NCBI GenBank assembly: GCA_951406725.2
Contig: OX597816.1
Coordinates: 156,984,001-157,048,000, forward strand
Direction: 5' to 3'
Source of the DNA: Octopus vulgaris
Taxonomy: Eukaryota
DNA: 64,000 nucleotides
Shown: positions 1 through 14,045 of the stretch, piece by piece
Layout of the letters: each line of letters begins with the position of its first letter
Numbering within the stretch: the stretch's first letter is position 1
The notes under the pieces: model-generated
Seen by the model: only the letters and a program-made list of their open reading frames with translations
The model's database searches: none
What the model was told of the DNA's origin: nothing
Made by a program: the position numbers and the translations under genes

Positions 1-2089
1 ATATACATAAGTGAAACCTAAAACAATACTTAAATTATTAAAAACTTTAAAATTAATTAAAATACACAATGCTATTACAAGTCATTAATTTGTAATCAAA
101 ATAAGAAATGGTTCAAATATAGAAAAACTCCTTAAATAAGCTAACTATATAATAATAAATATACATATGTAGTATCTATAAATTTAATATATCAATGTAT
201 AACAAAGTTGACTAAATATTAAATAATATAATACCTAATTAACTTAAAATTAATATTGCATAATAAATATGCCACCTAATAATATATATTATTAAATTTC
301 ATTTAGCTGATCTGCACAATGAACATCCAGTTATCGCATTCCGTATCTCAGCCTGTGTTCTCGGCGTTATTAACTGCAATCTACATCTTCAGCCGAGAAT
401 CGCAGCTTTCAGTCATGAAAGGCAGTAAATTTGCAGTGTTTCTTCCCGAACAGTTGAGCAAATTACTACAGAAAAAAATATTTGGAACTAAGTAACATGG
501 GCCAAGCTTGGTACAGTAATGACTAGATTGAGGCCTCATTGCCAAATTGGATCTCTTCCACCCGACCACCGTGTAGCTTCTGCTCTCTGCATTGAAGAAA
601 TATCAATGACCACTCTCACTGCTAAGCCCATCGGTTACTATTTTTCCTGATTGAATCTTTAAACTCTTTTTCTCTATTTCCCTCTCATTTATATTCTCAG
701 CTTCTCTTTCTTTATTAAATCTTATCACCCATCTTAAATTTCCCCATGTACTGGGTAACTAAAATGCTAATTCGAAGTCTGTATTATTTACGCACCAGGA
801 ACGATACGTTCAGCTTACAGTAACCGGATTCTTGTCTACGCGTTCTTAGTCAATTACGCAGATAATATATTTGTGACGTGTAGAAATGAATGCTTTATAT
901 TATAGAAACACTGTTAACTTTACCTTTTGGCCGAGATGAATGATATATCAGCGCAAGTGAGTGTCTGTGTATACGCTTTGAGTTTGCAATTGTCTTCGTA
1001 AGTATGTCAGTTGCTGTTGTTTCTGATGGCAAATATGCAGTAGCAGCATCTGGTACAGCTGATTTTGACTTTCTTCGTTTGTGTTAATGGTGCGTGCAGC
1101 ACTAAGACGCTTCTTTCCCCCTGTTCTTTGTTATGAACCGAAAAACCTCAGTCTTTCTGCTCTTACCCACCACGAACTGCTGCATACCATATGGCAGATT
1201 AATCAGTGCACCTTCAGAGGCTTGAATCAGTACTCCCATCCCAGAAGTAGAATTAATTTCAGTTTGCATTTATGATACGATCATTTGTGCTATTACATCT
1301 AGTTGTTACCCGCAAGTTGATATCTATTCTTGTAGTATGTCACTCACCTATATTTCCACTACTCACCAACTGAGGTTAACTATTGTGATGACCGGTTTGT
1401 CGTTATTTAAAAGAACTATTGTTTGTTTCCTAGCTTCCTCCTCGGTTAGAAATCCCACCTCAAACCGTGCAGAACCTTTACATCGACAACATTTCTGTAG
1501 TTCGCAATGGTTTCAGACATTTTTTAGCATGGCCCTGCACCGCCCACTCTACTCACCCGGAATTCACTCTATGCACTTATATGTTAAGTATATGAGATAT
1601 GATGCTGTAAAGTATCCATTAGGCTATCTCTCCTGGATATTTTGCGGTATCAAATCCTGCGGCAATAGACAAAGTACATCTGCCCGAATCGTATTAGCAA
1701 AACTTACCAGCTGCCATGTTGGCGCTGCTATTTTATATTATATTAATATTAAGCACATTGGTGGCAATGGTGGCAGTCTTTTTGCTTTACAAAATAATCG
1801 CTACTCTTCTCTGCTTGTTACTATTATGTTTGTCTATATTTCTCTTAATGCTACTCATTGCAGCGATATTAATTGTGACGACGCTACTTTTACTGCCGTT
1901 ATCCCTTGCCTTTTGACATTTTGCAGTAGTGTTGCTCTAGTTTTTGTTGATATAGTTGTAGTATATGTTCATAGTGCAGGTGCAGTCTGCACAGCCATGT
2001 TAAGTTAAAGCCAGCCATTTTAATTTTGAAATACTTGATAGTCAGATATTTTTAATCTTGTTGCGAGCATTCCAGTCTTTTGATTGAGC

Positions 2090-2600
2090 ACGTTTTACTG
2101 GCTGCGAACAAGATACGTTTTATCATTAAACTTCAAGAGCAGCTGGCTTTTATCCTCAATAGTGGTCATATATTCAATCTTCTTAGCAGTGAGAAGCAGA
2201 CCGTCTTTGGTTGCATTATCAAATGATATTAACAAATCTTGCGCATCATCCAGTTGATGAGGTGCGTGGACAACAACGTCATGAGAGTGATGATCAATAC
2301 AGGATCTACTACAACTTGATCGCTCTGCTTAAGGACGACGATATAGACTTGGATGAAGAAAATCATTAGCATAATGCTGTACTCAAAGACTCCTACAATA
2401 ACGTCGGCAAGGCCGTAACAACATTGAAAAAAGTACACCTGGTCACATCGATTAAGCCTAACTATTGCATTAAGATTACACCGCGTCTGTGAAATACCGA
2501 TATAATTATACGTCAATCCAGGAGACGATAAATTAGCTGATCGACAAATTATCTTCTTCGAATGGCGATAATCGACCCTGGCACGGACTAAGACCCAGAG
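2090..2600 (-). mobile_element. Decayed RTE-type LINE reverse transcriptase fragment
   Basis: Minus frames give ...QLDDAQDLLISFDNATKDGLLLTAKKIEYMT (segment after YADD, like 'GLxLNxKKTEYM') and VIVGVFEYSIMLMIFFIQVYIVVLKQS (like 'GVxQGDxLAPxLFIIVLDYVLR'); frameshifted. Confidence 0.55.
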
Positions 2601-3267
2601 AGGCCCTAAGAACTTTAAAATTGTTGGTGCCCTCATATATATGTAATTCAAAATATAAACAATAATACCATTAAATAAATTCATATTTTTCAAATTGAAA
2701 TAGAACTAACATTAAGATGGAAAATAATAATACGACCAAGTATATTTATATTACAAAAGTTTTCTCTAACTTTTTTTAAATAGCAAAGTCTTTGATCAGA
2801 TCATCACTATGGTACCATGAACACTTCGAAATTATATTTACAATCATATAAACCACTTTTAGTGAGTTTAAAGTGATTTCTTTGGTGCCGTAAACCATTT
2901 ACTATTTCTGTGGTGTCCCCCTCCTTCCCTTGCTGCCCTAAACACGTCCTTATTTTGCTTTATGGTAAATCCAGCACTGGATCGATCACATATAGAGAAA
3001 ATGGAAACAATTATTTGTCGAACTGTTATTATATTTTTTATTCGTGTTAAGACTATAAGGGTATATTTCTGAGAAGCTCAAAGATACCCTGCTTCAAGAT
3101 ATTTCTGTAAATTATTTTTTCAGGCAGTGAAATTTTGGTAAATTTCAGACCTGCCAAGACTAATATAAAAAACACGCCTAACGCCATTAGTAGTCGCTAA
3201 TGATGTTAATGATGACGATGACGACAGCAGCAAAAGCATTGGCAATAAAACAACACTGGCAACAATG

Positions 3268-3680
<413 letters not shown>

Positions 3681-4528
3681 AATATGCTAGTGATTAGAGC
3701 AATTGCATCGTTGGCACCAGAAATACTGCGATCACACTACATTAAGCCGTTATCTAGCTGCAATGTGAAAACAAGTTACAACTATTACTAAAATAGACTT
3801 GATACCTGTCTCTGGTAGAATCGCTTAACGATATTGATTTCCACTTACTCACCTTTCGAAATGCGTTTGACGAATACATATAAGACAATGCAGAACAGCT
3901 AAATTTTCCTCAATACTCATTTACGCGTCATAAAAATGAAAGATATATTAGACTCAACTGTCTGAAATATACTGAGTTCAATTAAAAACATGACAGTCAC
4001 TGCTTAATCTGCTCTTGATCTAGGAGTAACTTGACATTCAAACCACTACAACTACCACCACCACAAAAAAAAAAGAAAACAGTAACCATTACAAAATGAT
4101 GGTGTGGCATGTCGAAATAGGAGCTAAATCAACCTCAAATCTCATTGTGTTTCCTTAAAAACAGTTATCCCTGGTATACGATGATTACTATAGAAATCAA
4201 AGCATATTGTGGTACAGATTTATGAATGTAAGTTGTTTCTGTTATAACTTAGATTTATTAAACCAAACCACGATACGTTTTGAAATGTGACTCAACAACA
4301 CCAGAAACAATAAAAGCGAGCACAATGATGACGGCAGCAACTATGACGAACACAGTGGTGGTGGTAGCGGCGGTGATGTGAATTTTAGATGAGAGTCTTA
4401 CTCTTATATACGTTATGCGAATCTTGATTCTTTGACTCTTTCAACAGTTTTTATTCGATTTTCGAATATAAAAGTATTAAAAAATCAACAGGAATTCTAT
4501 CATCCAAATGATAGATAAACAGTTTATA

Positions 4529-4932
4529 GGCGCAGAAATGGCTGTGTGGTAAGTAGCTTGCCTACCAACTACATTGTTCCGGGTTCAATCCCAGTGCGTG
4601 GCACCTTGGGCAAGTGTCTTCTACTATAGGCCCGAGCCGACCAAAGCCTTGTGAGTGGATTTGGTAGACGGAAACTGAAAGAGGCCTGTCGTATATATGT
4701 ATGTATGTGTGTGTATATGTTTGTGTGTCTGTGTTTGTCCCCCCACCATATCGCTTGACAACAGATGCTGGTGTGTTTACGTCCCGGGAACTTAGCGGTT
4801 CGGCAAAAGAGACCAATAGAATAAGTACTAGGCTTACAAAGAATAAGTCCTGGGGTCGATTTCTTCGACTAAAGGAAGTACTCCAGCTTGGCCGCAGTCG
4901 AATGACTGAAACAAGTAAAAGAGTAAAAGAGT
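4529..4932 (+). mobile_element. tRNA-derived SINE family A (CORE-like, octopus OR-type), full length
   Basis: A box TGGCTGTGTGGTAAG, B box GGTTCAATCCC, CORE-like ACCTTGGGCAAGT, internal TA/TG microsatellite, (GTAAAAGA)n tail; near-identical copy at 36210. Confidence 0.88.
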
Positions 4933-5563
4933 TCGAATCCTGATAAATCTTTTGCGTTGAGTCTGTGGTTGATAAACTTCAAGCATTAATGTTGCAAGCT
5001 TAACAATCATTTCCAATTCGCTCACTACTACACCTTGATTTTCCCCCTTAACTTACTTTCACTACAAGCATGTCTATCTCTTTGAATATGTGTGCAATAA
5101 ACAAATTAATATATGTACAATTGGTTGTAGGTTGACTGTAATTTCCCAACCTTTTATCATTCAGTCGTTCAGTCGATAATCAGTCGCCGACCTACACCCA
5201 TAATCGCATAATCGACACTATTTCTTTCAGTATGCTACCCAGTATATATCCTAAGTAACTGGTTTCATATATCAGAGACATTATTCGGTAACTGATTATT
5301 AGATAATTTATACATATGCACTTGTATATGTGTACTTTTAATTCTTGTAGTTCATTAACGTAATTATTCTGTTGAAGTTGTTTATACATTTATTCATCCA
5401 AAATTTCAACAGAGTTATATTAATTTGTTAAAACTTCTGTTGTACATAACTGATTTATATTCAACTAGGCGGTTATTCGCAATACCAGTAAATATTTCCC
5501 CCTCTTCAGATACATATTGCGTTTTAAACGTAGCTCGTCCATTATGAATGTATATATATATAT

Positions 5564-5750
5564 AGGGTGGGGAGAGTTCACGAAAAAAACAAAAGACGAA
5601 GACAGGTGGTGTACAAAACAAACAGATGTATTAGTATAACGCCCAGGAACTGAAAAAAGTCTTTTATGTTTCGAGCCTACGCTCTTCTACAGAAAGGGAC
5701 ACAAAAAAAACATGGAGAGAAAAAAATGTGTGCAGTGGCTACCGCCCCAC
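5564..5750 (-). mobile_element. Solo pseudo-LTR of Neptune-type Penelope-like element
   Basis: Homologous to the 3' end (8491-8670) of the RT/GIY-YIG element; bounded by (TA)n. Confidence 0.8.
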
Positions 5751-5803
5751 CATTTATTGATCTATATATATATATATATATTTATTTATTTATTTTATAG
5801 AAG

Positions 5804-5856
5804 GAGCTTCTACAGGACTAGAACTGTTTCATTCAAATGAAATCATCAGGAAGCTC
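5804..5856 (-). ncRNA. Type I hammerhead ribozyme motif (minus copy)
   Basis: gagcttc-CTGATGA-tttcatttgaat-GAA-Acag ttctagtc ctgT-A-gaagctc; 7-bp stem I, GUA cleavage triplet. Confidence 0.75.
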
Positions 5857-5861
5857 ATGAT

Positions 5862-5910
5862 GCTTCCTGATGATTTCATTTGAATGAAACAGTTCTAGTC
5901 CTGTAGAAGT
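5862..5910 (+). ncRNA. Type I hammerhead ribozyme motif (plus copy)
   Basis: gcttc-CTGATGA(5867-5873)-stem II-GAAA-cag/ctg stem III-GTA(5903-5905)-gaagt; stem II closed by U.U rather than G-C. Confidence 0.72.
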
Positions 5911-5993
5911 TCCTTCTATAAAATAAATTAATTTACTCTGCTATGTATTGAGTACCTTATTTACTGTGGTTAACCCCGACTCAACCCGGGACC

Positions 5994-6048
<55 letters not shown>

Positions 6049-6438
6049 CTTGATCAGTTTCACTTTGTTGTGTTAAGTACTGGCTATCACAAAAGTATTA
6101 AAATACAGATATACATTATTTGATAATAATAAGAAAATGTTAAAAATAGTTTACAAGAAAGTATTTAAGAAAGTAATCAGAACGGGACTCCAAAACGTAT
6201 TATGATTTCAATAAAAATCATGTTTGTTTGGGAGTATATATATACACAGAAGGAGATATATTTAAGAATTTACAAAAAAAATTGTACAGGAATAACTGAC
6301 CTGTCTTTCTGACATTTTGTCTTGTGAGTAGCAAACATTCCTTCAATGAAGAGTTAAATGATTTAACTTAAAAACTCTCAGAACTTTCCGGACAATCTAA
6401 TATATATCCGAGTCTGTATGATTGTCTATAGTAGAATA

Positions 6439-6581
6439 TATTAAACAATGAATTTCCAGCCTAGTCTGATTTTCACGTTTTCTTATTTACATTGTTTTAC
6501 AATTTTACAATATTATGATAATAGTATATAATACATTTATTGTGATAAAATAGTATTCTCATTCGTTACGAAATCATTATA

Positions 6582-6666
<85 letters not shown>

Positions 6667-7035
6667 GACAGTTGTGTACCACAACTGAAAACTGTAGTGA
6701 AATAATTAAAGTTGTCCTGTAAATACCTCCCAATTAGCTCCAGCAGGCTGAATCTTACAAATTGTTTTTTTGACCAATCAGTACGTGACTTAGATGTCAC
6801 AGTTTGGTGAGCACACTAAGTTCTAACTGTATTTCGACCAATCAGTATGTCGCTTAGATGTCAGGGTTTGGTGAATACCCTAGCTTCGTTAGTATTTATC
6901 CCGTTTTTTTTCAACGAAATATTCAAGCCAATTGGTGTGCGGCTTAGAGGTCACAGTTCGGTGGGCGCATCAATGATTCTTTAACTTGACCGCGTCTAAC
7001 GAAATAATTGATTGGCTATCACAACAGGCTGTCAG

Positions 7036-7074
<39 letters not shown>

Positions 7075-7077
7075 AAA

Positions 7078-7110
<33 letters not shown>

Positions 7111-7256
7111 ATTAAACTGATCATTGCTTAACGCATGAACGTACTAGCTTCATCGCAATAAATATATGTAATATTCTATTATTATGATATTGTAAAATTA
7201 TAAAATTGAAAATAATAAAACATGAGAACCAGACAAGATTGGAATTTCATTAGTTA

Positions 7257-7259
<3 letters not shown>
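6439..7259. mobile_element. MITE-like non-autonomous DNA element with about 230-bp diverged terminal inverted repeats
   Basis: 6439-6670 aligns by eye with the reverse complement of 7029-7259, including (TAG)n/(CTA)n tracts; three internal CCAAT-containing repeats at 6772-6965. Confidence 0.7.
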
Positions 7260-7349
<90 letters not shown>

Positions 7350-7351
7350 CG

Positions 7352-7398
<47 letters not shown>

Positions 7399-8182
7399 CT
7401 TTACAGTATGGTTTATGAAATAAATCTTATGTATTAACTTGAATTAGTAGGATGTGTTAATGTTGAAGATGACGCCGGTTACCATTCATTATCACATCAT
7501 TGCACTTACAACTTCCCAGCAAAACATTCGCTTTCAAATATTATATATTTGTGAAGTCAACTGTAAAGAAATATTTGCATATTTCAATTACTTCACTGTG
7601 CCATATAAACACATAGCTTAGCTACAAAATTAATTTAATACCGCTAACATTTTCATTCTGACATTCGGAAATTCAAGTTTTTATTTCTTGAGATATTTTG
7701 TTCACAACACCTATTTATCCTCTTTCCATACATATAATTAATAGATGTGCATGCAAACTCTAATTTCATTTTTGAAAACTTACGCTATATTTATTTATAG
7801 AAAATATCACTTCATTTGAACAATATTAATTTCAGAAACGTTGACGGTTTCTTTTTCTTCAATCCAAGTTCGTGCTTTAATGCTTAAACGAGATCATGCA
7901 ATGATCCGATGACATCACATGTAAAAGTTAAGAAAAAGAACGACACAATAGTTTAGATATTAAAATATGTCTAAATCTGTGATAAATTTTCTTACAATGT
8001 TTTAATTAAAAATCGAATTAAGGATTTAACATCAAACACGTTTACATATTCAACAACTTTTACACGTATTAAAGAAATTCTTTGTTACAGATGACTTATT
8101 TAATATATTCTACGAGTTCAAGAGCTCACAGAACATTACAATAAACAATTTTGAAAAAAGACTTCACTGTCAATATATTACT

Positions 8183-8245
<63 letters not shown>

Positions 8246-8246
<1 letters not shown>

Positions 8247-8410
8247 GCGCAGGTGTTGCTGTGTGATAGGAAGCTTGCTTCCCAACCACATGGTTCCTGT
8301 TTCAGTTCCACTGCGTAGCACCTTAGGCAATTATCTTCTACTATAGCCTCGGGTGACCAAAACTTTGTGAGTCAATATGGTAGACGGAAATTGCAAGAAG
8401 TCTGTTGTAT
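8246..8410 (+). mobile_element. SINE family A, 5' half (interrupted)
   Basis: Matches 4529-4695; ends at the internal microsatellite. Confidence 0.85.
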
Positions 8411-8422
8411 ATGTGTGTATAA

Positions 8423-8490
<68 letters not shown>

Positions 8491-8492
<2 letters not shown>

Positions 8493-10397
8493 GGAGAATG
8501 CACAAAAAAAAGACGAAGGCAGGTGGTGTAGACAACAAACAGATGTATTAGTTTAACGCTCGGGAAGTGAAAATGTCTTTAGCGTTTCGAGCCTTCGCTC
8601 TTCAACAGAATGGAACACAGAAAGAAACAGGGCGAGAAAATAAAGAATGTGTAGTGGCTAGCGATCTATCCTGCCGAATGCCTGACAGAGGGGTCACACA
8701 GGAGAGAAGGGGTTATGATAAAGTAGTGGTGATCCCAAAACGTAGGTGCGCGTGGGTGTGTATAAGAGAACATGTATGTGCTGATGACCTTGATGTGTGC
8801 GTGTGTGCATGTGTATGATTGTGGATGATGGTGTGGGTGTTGGAAAATGGTCAGGGCTAGTGTGTGCCTTGTGGTAGTTTGAAATAGTGTTGTGTGGTAT
8901 GGTGGTGTGTGGTGTGGTGGTGTGTGGGTGTGGTAAGATGATATTTGGATGTAGGGTAGGCGAGAGTGGGGAAGGCAAGGGTGGGGTGAGGGCTAGGCTG
9001 AGGGTGGGGCTAGAGGTGGGGAATGTGGGAGTGGGTGTCAGGGATGCGGAGGGGGTGGGATGGGATGGATAGAGAAAGTGGATAGGATGAAGAGAAGAGA
9101 GAAGGAAGGTAGGATTGAAGAGAAGAGTCGGAGCAAGAGAGGAGAGGTGGGTGAGAGGATGTAGGTGCGATAGGAAGAGTGGAGAGAGGAGGAGGGTTAG
9201 ATGAAGAGGGAGAGAGTTGAGCCCATATGGCGTGAAGGAGCGAAGAGAGAAGATAAATCATTGTTCACGGCGGAAACGGGAGTCCGGATGGCCCCTGTGC
9301 AAGGACAATTCGAACACAGACAGGTGTTGCAAAGAATAACCGGTAGAGCGGAAATAGCGTGAGATCGGGGTGTCAGTTACGGGTCGAATGTCTCGAAGGT
9401 GTCCCGCGAACCGGTCAGCCAAGTGGCGTCCAGTTTGCCCGATGTATAGCGAAGGGTAGAGAGAGAGAGAGAGAGAGAGAGAGCAGGAGATGCAGTAGAT
9501 GACATTGCTAAAAGTGCAGGTGAAGGAGCCGGTGATATGATTGGGTCGATGATGGGTACCGGTGAGGAGGGTGGTGTTGGACAGGTATGGGCAAGTACGA
9601 CAGCGTGGGGGGGAGAACGACCCGGGTTGGGAGGTTGAGTTAGGGAATAAACTGTGAACCAAGAGGTCTCGTAGGTTGCCGGCTAGTTTGAAGGAGGGAA
9701 ACGTTGGTTATGGAAGATGTGCGTAGTGGAAGGGTCGGACTGGAGACGCCGGAAGTCTCGGAGAATTGTGCATTGGAGAGGTAAGGTAGTGGAGTGATAG
9801 GTGAGGGGAAACGGGAGACAGGAGACAGCGGGGTGAGTGCGGAGGGACAGAGCAGATGCACGGTCCAGTGAACATGTTCTGGCAAGAGCGATGTGGATAG
9901 TAGTGATGGGTTATCCACAAAGGATGAAGTGGTGAGCCATGAGTTGAGCCTGCGTAAACGGAGGTATTAGAAATAGGGGATGGAAAGCATGGTGTGTTTA
10001 GGGTAAGAGGAGAAGTTGAGGTAAGAGTTTGAGCATGTGTGTTTGTAGTTGATGGAGGTGGTGAGAGTGGAGTGATGAATGATGACTGAAATGTCAAGAA
10101 AGGAGACAGTAGTGTCAGGGATAGTGCAGAAGTGGAGGGCAAGATGGAAAGATTTGACAAAAGAGAGGAAGGAGTCTAGATGTTCGCAGGAGAGTGAGGT
10201 CCCACCGATACAGTCGGCAATATAACGGCCGTATAGTTCGGGAGTGGGACCAGTGAAACTTGAGAATATTTGGGTCTCAACGTAGCCAACGAACAGGTTC
10301 GCATTGTTGAGGTTCATTCCCGTTCCCATGGCCGCTCCCGAGACTTGCTAGTAAACATCACCAGCGAACGAGAAGCAGTTGAGTGAGAGGACAAGTT
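8491..10397 (-). mobile_element. 5'-truncated Penelope-like retroelement (Neptune-type): RT + Cys linker + GIY-YIG endonuclease, pseudogenised
   Basis: RT: AMGT..ANLFVGYVE, YGRYIAD (RYIDD), VSFLDISV; linker RCRTCPY...FTC; EN NVIYCISC...LYIGQTGR..DRF..HLRDIR...REQ..PYGLN; stops and frameshifts; 3' pLTR abuts (TA)n. Confidence 0.92.
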
Positions 10398-10399
10398 AT

Positions 10400-10614
10400 A
10401 ATTTGTATTTTTGTGTCTGTGTTTGTCTCTACATCATCGCTTGACAACCGAGCTTAGTGTGTCTACGTCCCCATAACTTAGCAGCTGGGCCTTTAGGTAG
10501 CGATAGAATAAGCACCAAACATACAAAGAATAAGACCAAGATTCGATCTCTTCGACTAAAAAGAAGTGCTCCAGCATGGTCACTATCAAAATGAACGAAG
10601 CAAGTAAAAGAATA
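10400..10614 (+). mobile_element. SINE family A, 3' half
   Basis: Matches 4720-4930 (gcttgacaaccg...ctccagcatgg...aagtaaaagaata). Confidence 0.82.
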
Positions 10615-12680
10615 TTGTTGAATTCAAAGGTGTTATCGTATGATATTTCTGAGATTTGGTAACATAAATACTTCAAGAAATATATCAAATATTGAAATAA
10701 TTACTTTACTACTATCGTTAATCTTAGTTTCGATACGTCTAAGAAACTTTTCGAAAGAATAATATCAAACTTTTAGTGGAGATTCTAATCATCTTTCAGT
10801 TACTCATAATCTATATTTGGGTTGATAAAAATTTTCATCTGTGTATGTGAGTGTGTGCGTGTGTGTGCATGTTTTTTTCTGGTAGATCTTTGTAACAATA
10901 TAAAAAGCTCAGTTTCTGAGTACAAATTTTTAATTTGAAATGAAAAGATTGGGAAGAAATGCTAAGAAATATTATTTCTGTTGTTTTTGTTATTCTGGCT
11001 GGTCATCTCATTACTTCTTGACAAAAAAGAGCTTTATACAGGAGTTATGTATACGTGTAAATGTGGGTATATATATATATATATATATATATATAAGTTA
11101 TGTATATGTGTAAGTGTCTCTACCTTTGTGTGTGTGAGATGCGTGAGTGTATGGGTCTGTGTACGTGTGTGTGTGCGTCTGCGTGTGTATGCATGTAGAT
11201 ATTGTCTACAATAAAAATGAATCACTTGTTCACTGGTATAAAGTAAAACACTACAACACCCATTTTCACTCTCGGTTAAAATATAGCAACGTTATGCTAA
11301 GCCGAAAATAAAACAGTATAAAGTACAGAATAACTCAGAAATTAAGGAGACAAACTATAATAGTTGAAACAGACATATAGTAGATTCCGTTAAGCAAATC
11401 GATGCGAGAGTAGCATTTAAAAAGTGGACTGCAGTTATGTGTTGTTTAGTTAAAGTTTTGCTCTGAATTTGAATCACACACGATTGGTTTTAAGGCCGAT
11501 TGGTTTAAGCACAACCACATATCTAGTAATTTAGTAGAAAATAAATCGTATTTTGTGGACTCCTCGATGACACTGGCAGATATTTTGTCTACCCAAGAAG
11601 AATGAAAGCAGACACTATAAATGCAGAATCTGAACGCATAATGTTAGTTGATAAAATAGAAACACAAAATAATTTTTCTGCGCCCTATTCGTCTGTAACA
11701 CATGACGTTCGCGCGTCTATAGAATTAAAGCAGTTGACTAGATTCGTTCAAATATGAAATTAAAACGTTATGTCACGTTTGTATTAAATTTAGATTAGAG
11801 GCAGACAGGCCGACTGGACAAGCTCTTGCAAATATCTTTATAAGCTGTGAATAATAGATTATGCAAGTTGCTTCGTAATATCACTGGATTAGATGCATTA
11901 AACGCTACTCCGATAATTTACTCAAATACCAGATTTAAGGAAAAATAATTATGAGAATTTTTGTCTGCAGTTGAACAGCGTCATCAAAGATCTTAACTTC
12001 CATAGAGCTGGAGATAAGAACTGGCCCTTAAGTACTGTTTACATCTTATAAAACATACTTTCTCCTCAGTTTCTCCCTCTCTCATTCTCTCTCTTTCTCT
12101 CTCTCTTTCTTTCTCTCTCTCTCTCTATTAAATTAATTTAAACATTTTCAGACATTATGTGCTCTTCAAATTGTATTAATGTCGGTTAATAAATGAGCGT
12201 ATTAACGGTATATATTATACATTGAATAAAGCACGAGCGAATTCATTACCAAAAAAATGGCTGCAAGCACTTACGATAACATGCCATCTAAAGATACTCT
12301 AAAGTATACAATTTCTGAGTTTCAAGAAATGTGACTACTTATATTTATGATTTATCATTTTCTGTATTAGTTTTTGGATTTAGGGCCTGCGGTATAGGAC
12401 GCCATTTAATATTATTCCAAAGCTTATCTTTAAATTCGTTTACGTTGTAAAAATAATTATGATGGCATTTTCATACAGCAGTATCTGAACAAATCCAAGT
12501 AGTTATTATCGAAACATTTGGCACCAGTTCCTGCAATTATTGGAGGTGAAATCATCGGTTGCATTTGTACCTTTTACAGATATAGAAGTAAATAAACGCT
12601 CACACACACATACGTGCAGGCGATAACACATTCCAATACACATGTATACGCAAGTATCGAATGTATGTATAACTGTGTGT

Positions 12681-12685
<5 letters not shown>

Positions 12686-12769
<84 letters not shown>

Positions 12770-12772
12770 CGA

Positions 12773-12817
<45 letters not shown>

Positions 12818-13105
12818 AATACATATATATATATGTATATTTATATATATATACATACACACACTCACAATACATATACACACATACATACATAAATACA
12901 TACATACAAATATATATATATATGTGTGAGTGTGTGTGTGGACATATGCATATATTTGTATATATATATACACATATGTGTGTGTGTGGACATATATATA
13001 TCTGTATACATTTGTATATATACACATATGTGTGTGAGTGTGTTTGTGTCTGTGTGCATGTGTGTGTGTGTGTGTCTATGTGTGTGTGTGTGTCTGTGTG
13101 TATAC
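12686..13105. repeat. (TA)n/(CA)n/(TG)n compound microsatellite
   Basis: Directly visible. Confidence 0.9.
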
Positions 13106-13444
13106 GTGCTATTTGTTAGTGCGGATCTATATGTAACAGGTTTCGAAGGACTTAGGCAGGCTCACGTCTAAGTCGTAATGTATATAATTATAAGTAGGAA
13201 TCGAATATCGCGTTATGCAGACGAGGTAAGCGTAAAGGAAAGATGAATATAGAGAGGCAGAAGTAATTAGCTGGGGTAAATGGAAAACGGCTTACTTTTG
13301 CTTTCAAAGTTATTGATGGATTAAGAGAGATACAACAAAATGCCAATTATATTTGCAATTCAGGTATATACATATATAGGATACAAATTCTCTCCTCCTC
13401 CTTCTCTCTCCATCTTTCTCCTCTTTCTACCAATATCTGTACTT

Positions 13445-14045
<601 letters not shown>

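Larger units (their letters stand above)
5788..5996. mobile_element. Penelope pLTR-like island with 67-bp inverted repeat
   Basis: Arms 5788-5854 and 5862-5928 (1 mismatch); right arm continues about 70 bp to (TA)n; (TA)n on both sides. Confidence 0.7.

Noticed and set aside
1337-2008. 223-aa ORF and overlapping 66-aa hydrophobic ORF (1716-1916) as membrane or viral proteins
   Set aside because: No recognisable motif; the hydrophobicity follows from T-rich trinucleotide-biased sequence; no splice or homology support.
2229-2693. 154-aa minus ORF as a host gene
   Set aside because: Better explained as a frameshifted RTE RT remnant.
4529-4600. tRNA genes at the SINE heads
   Set aside because: A and B boxes are present but there is no complete cloverleaf, and they are always followed by a SINE body.
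12506-13171. YI/CV/HT-repeat ORFs here and throughout the window
   Set aside because: Translations of (TA)n, (TG)n, (GATA)n and (TATG)n microsatellites.
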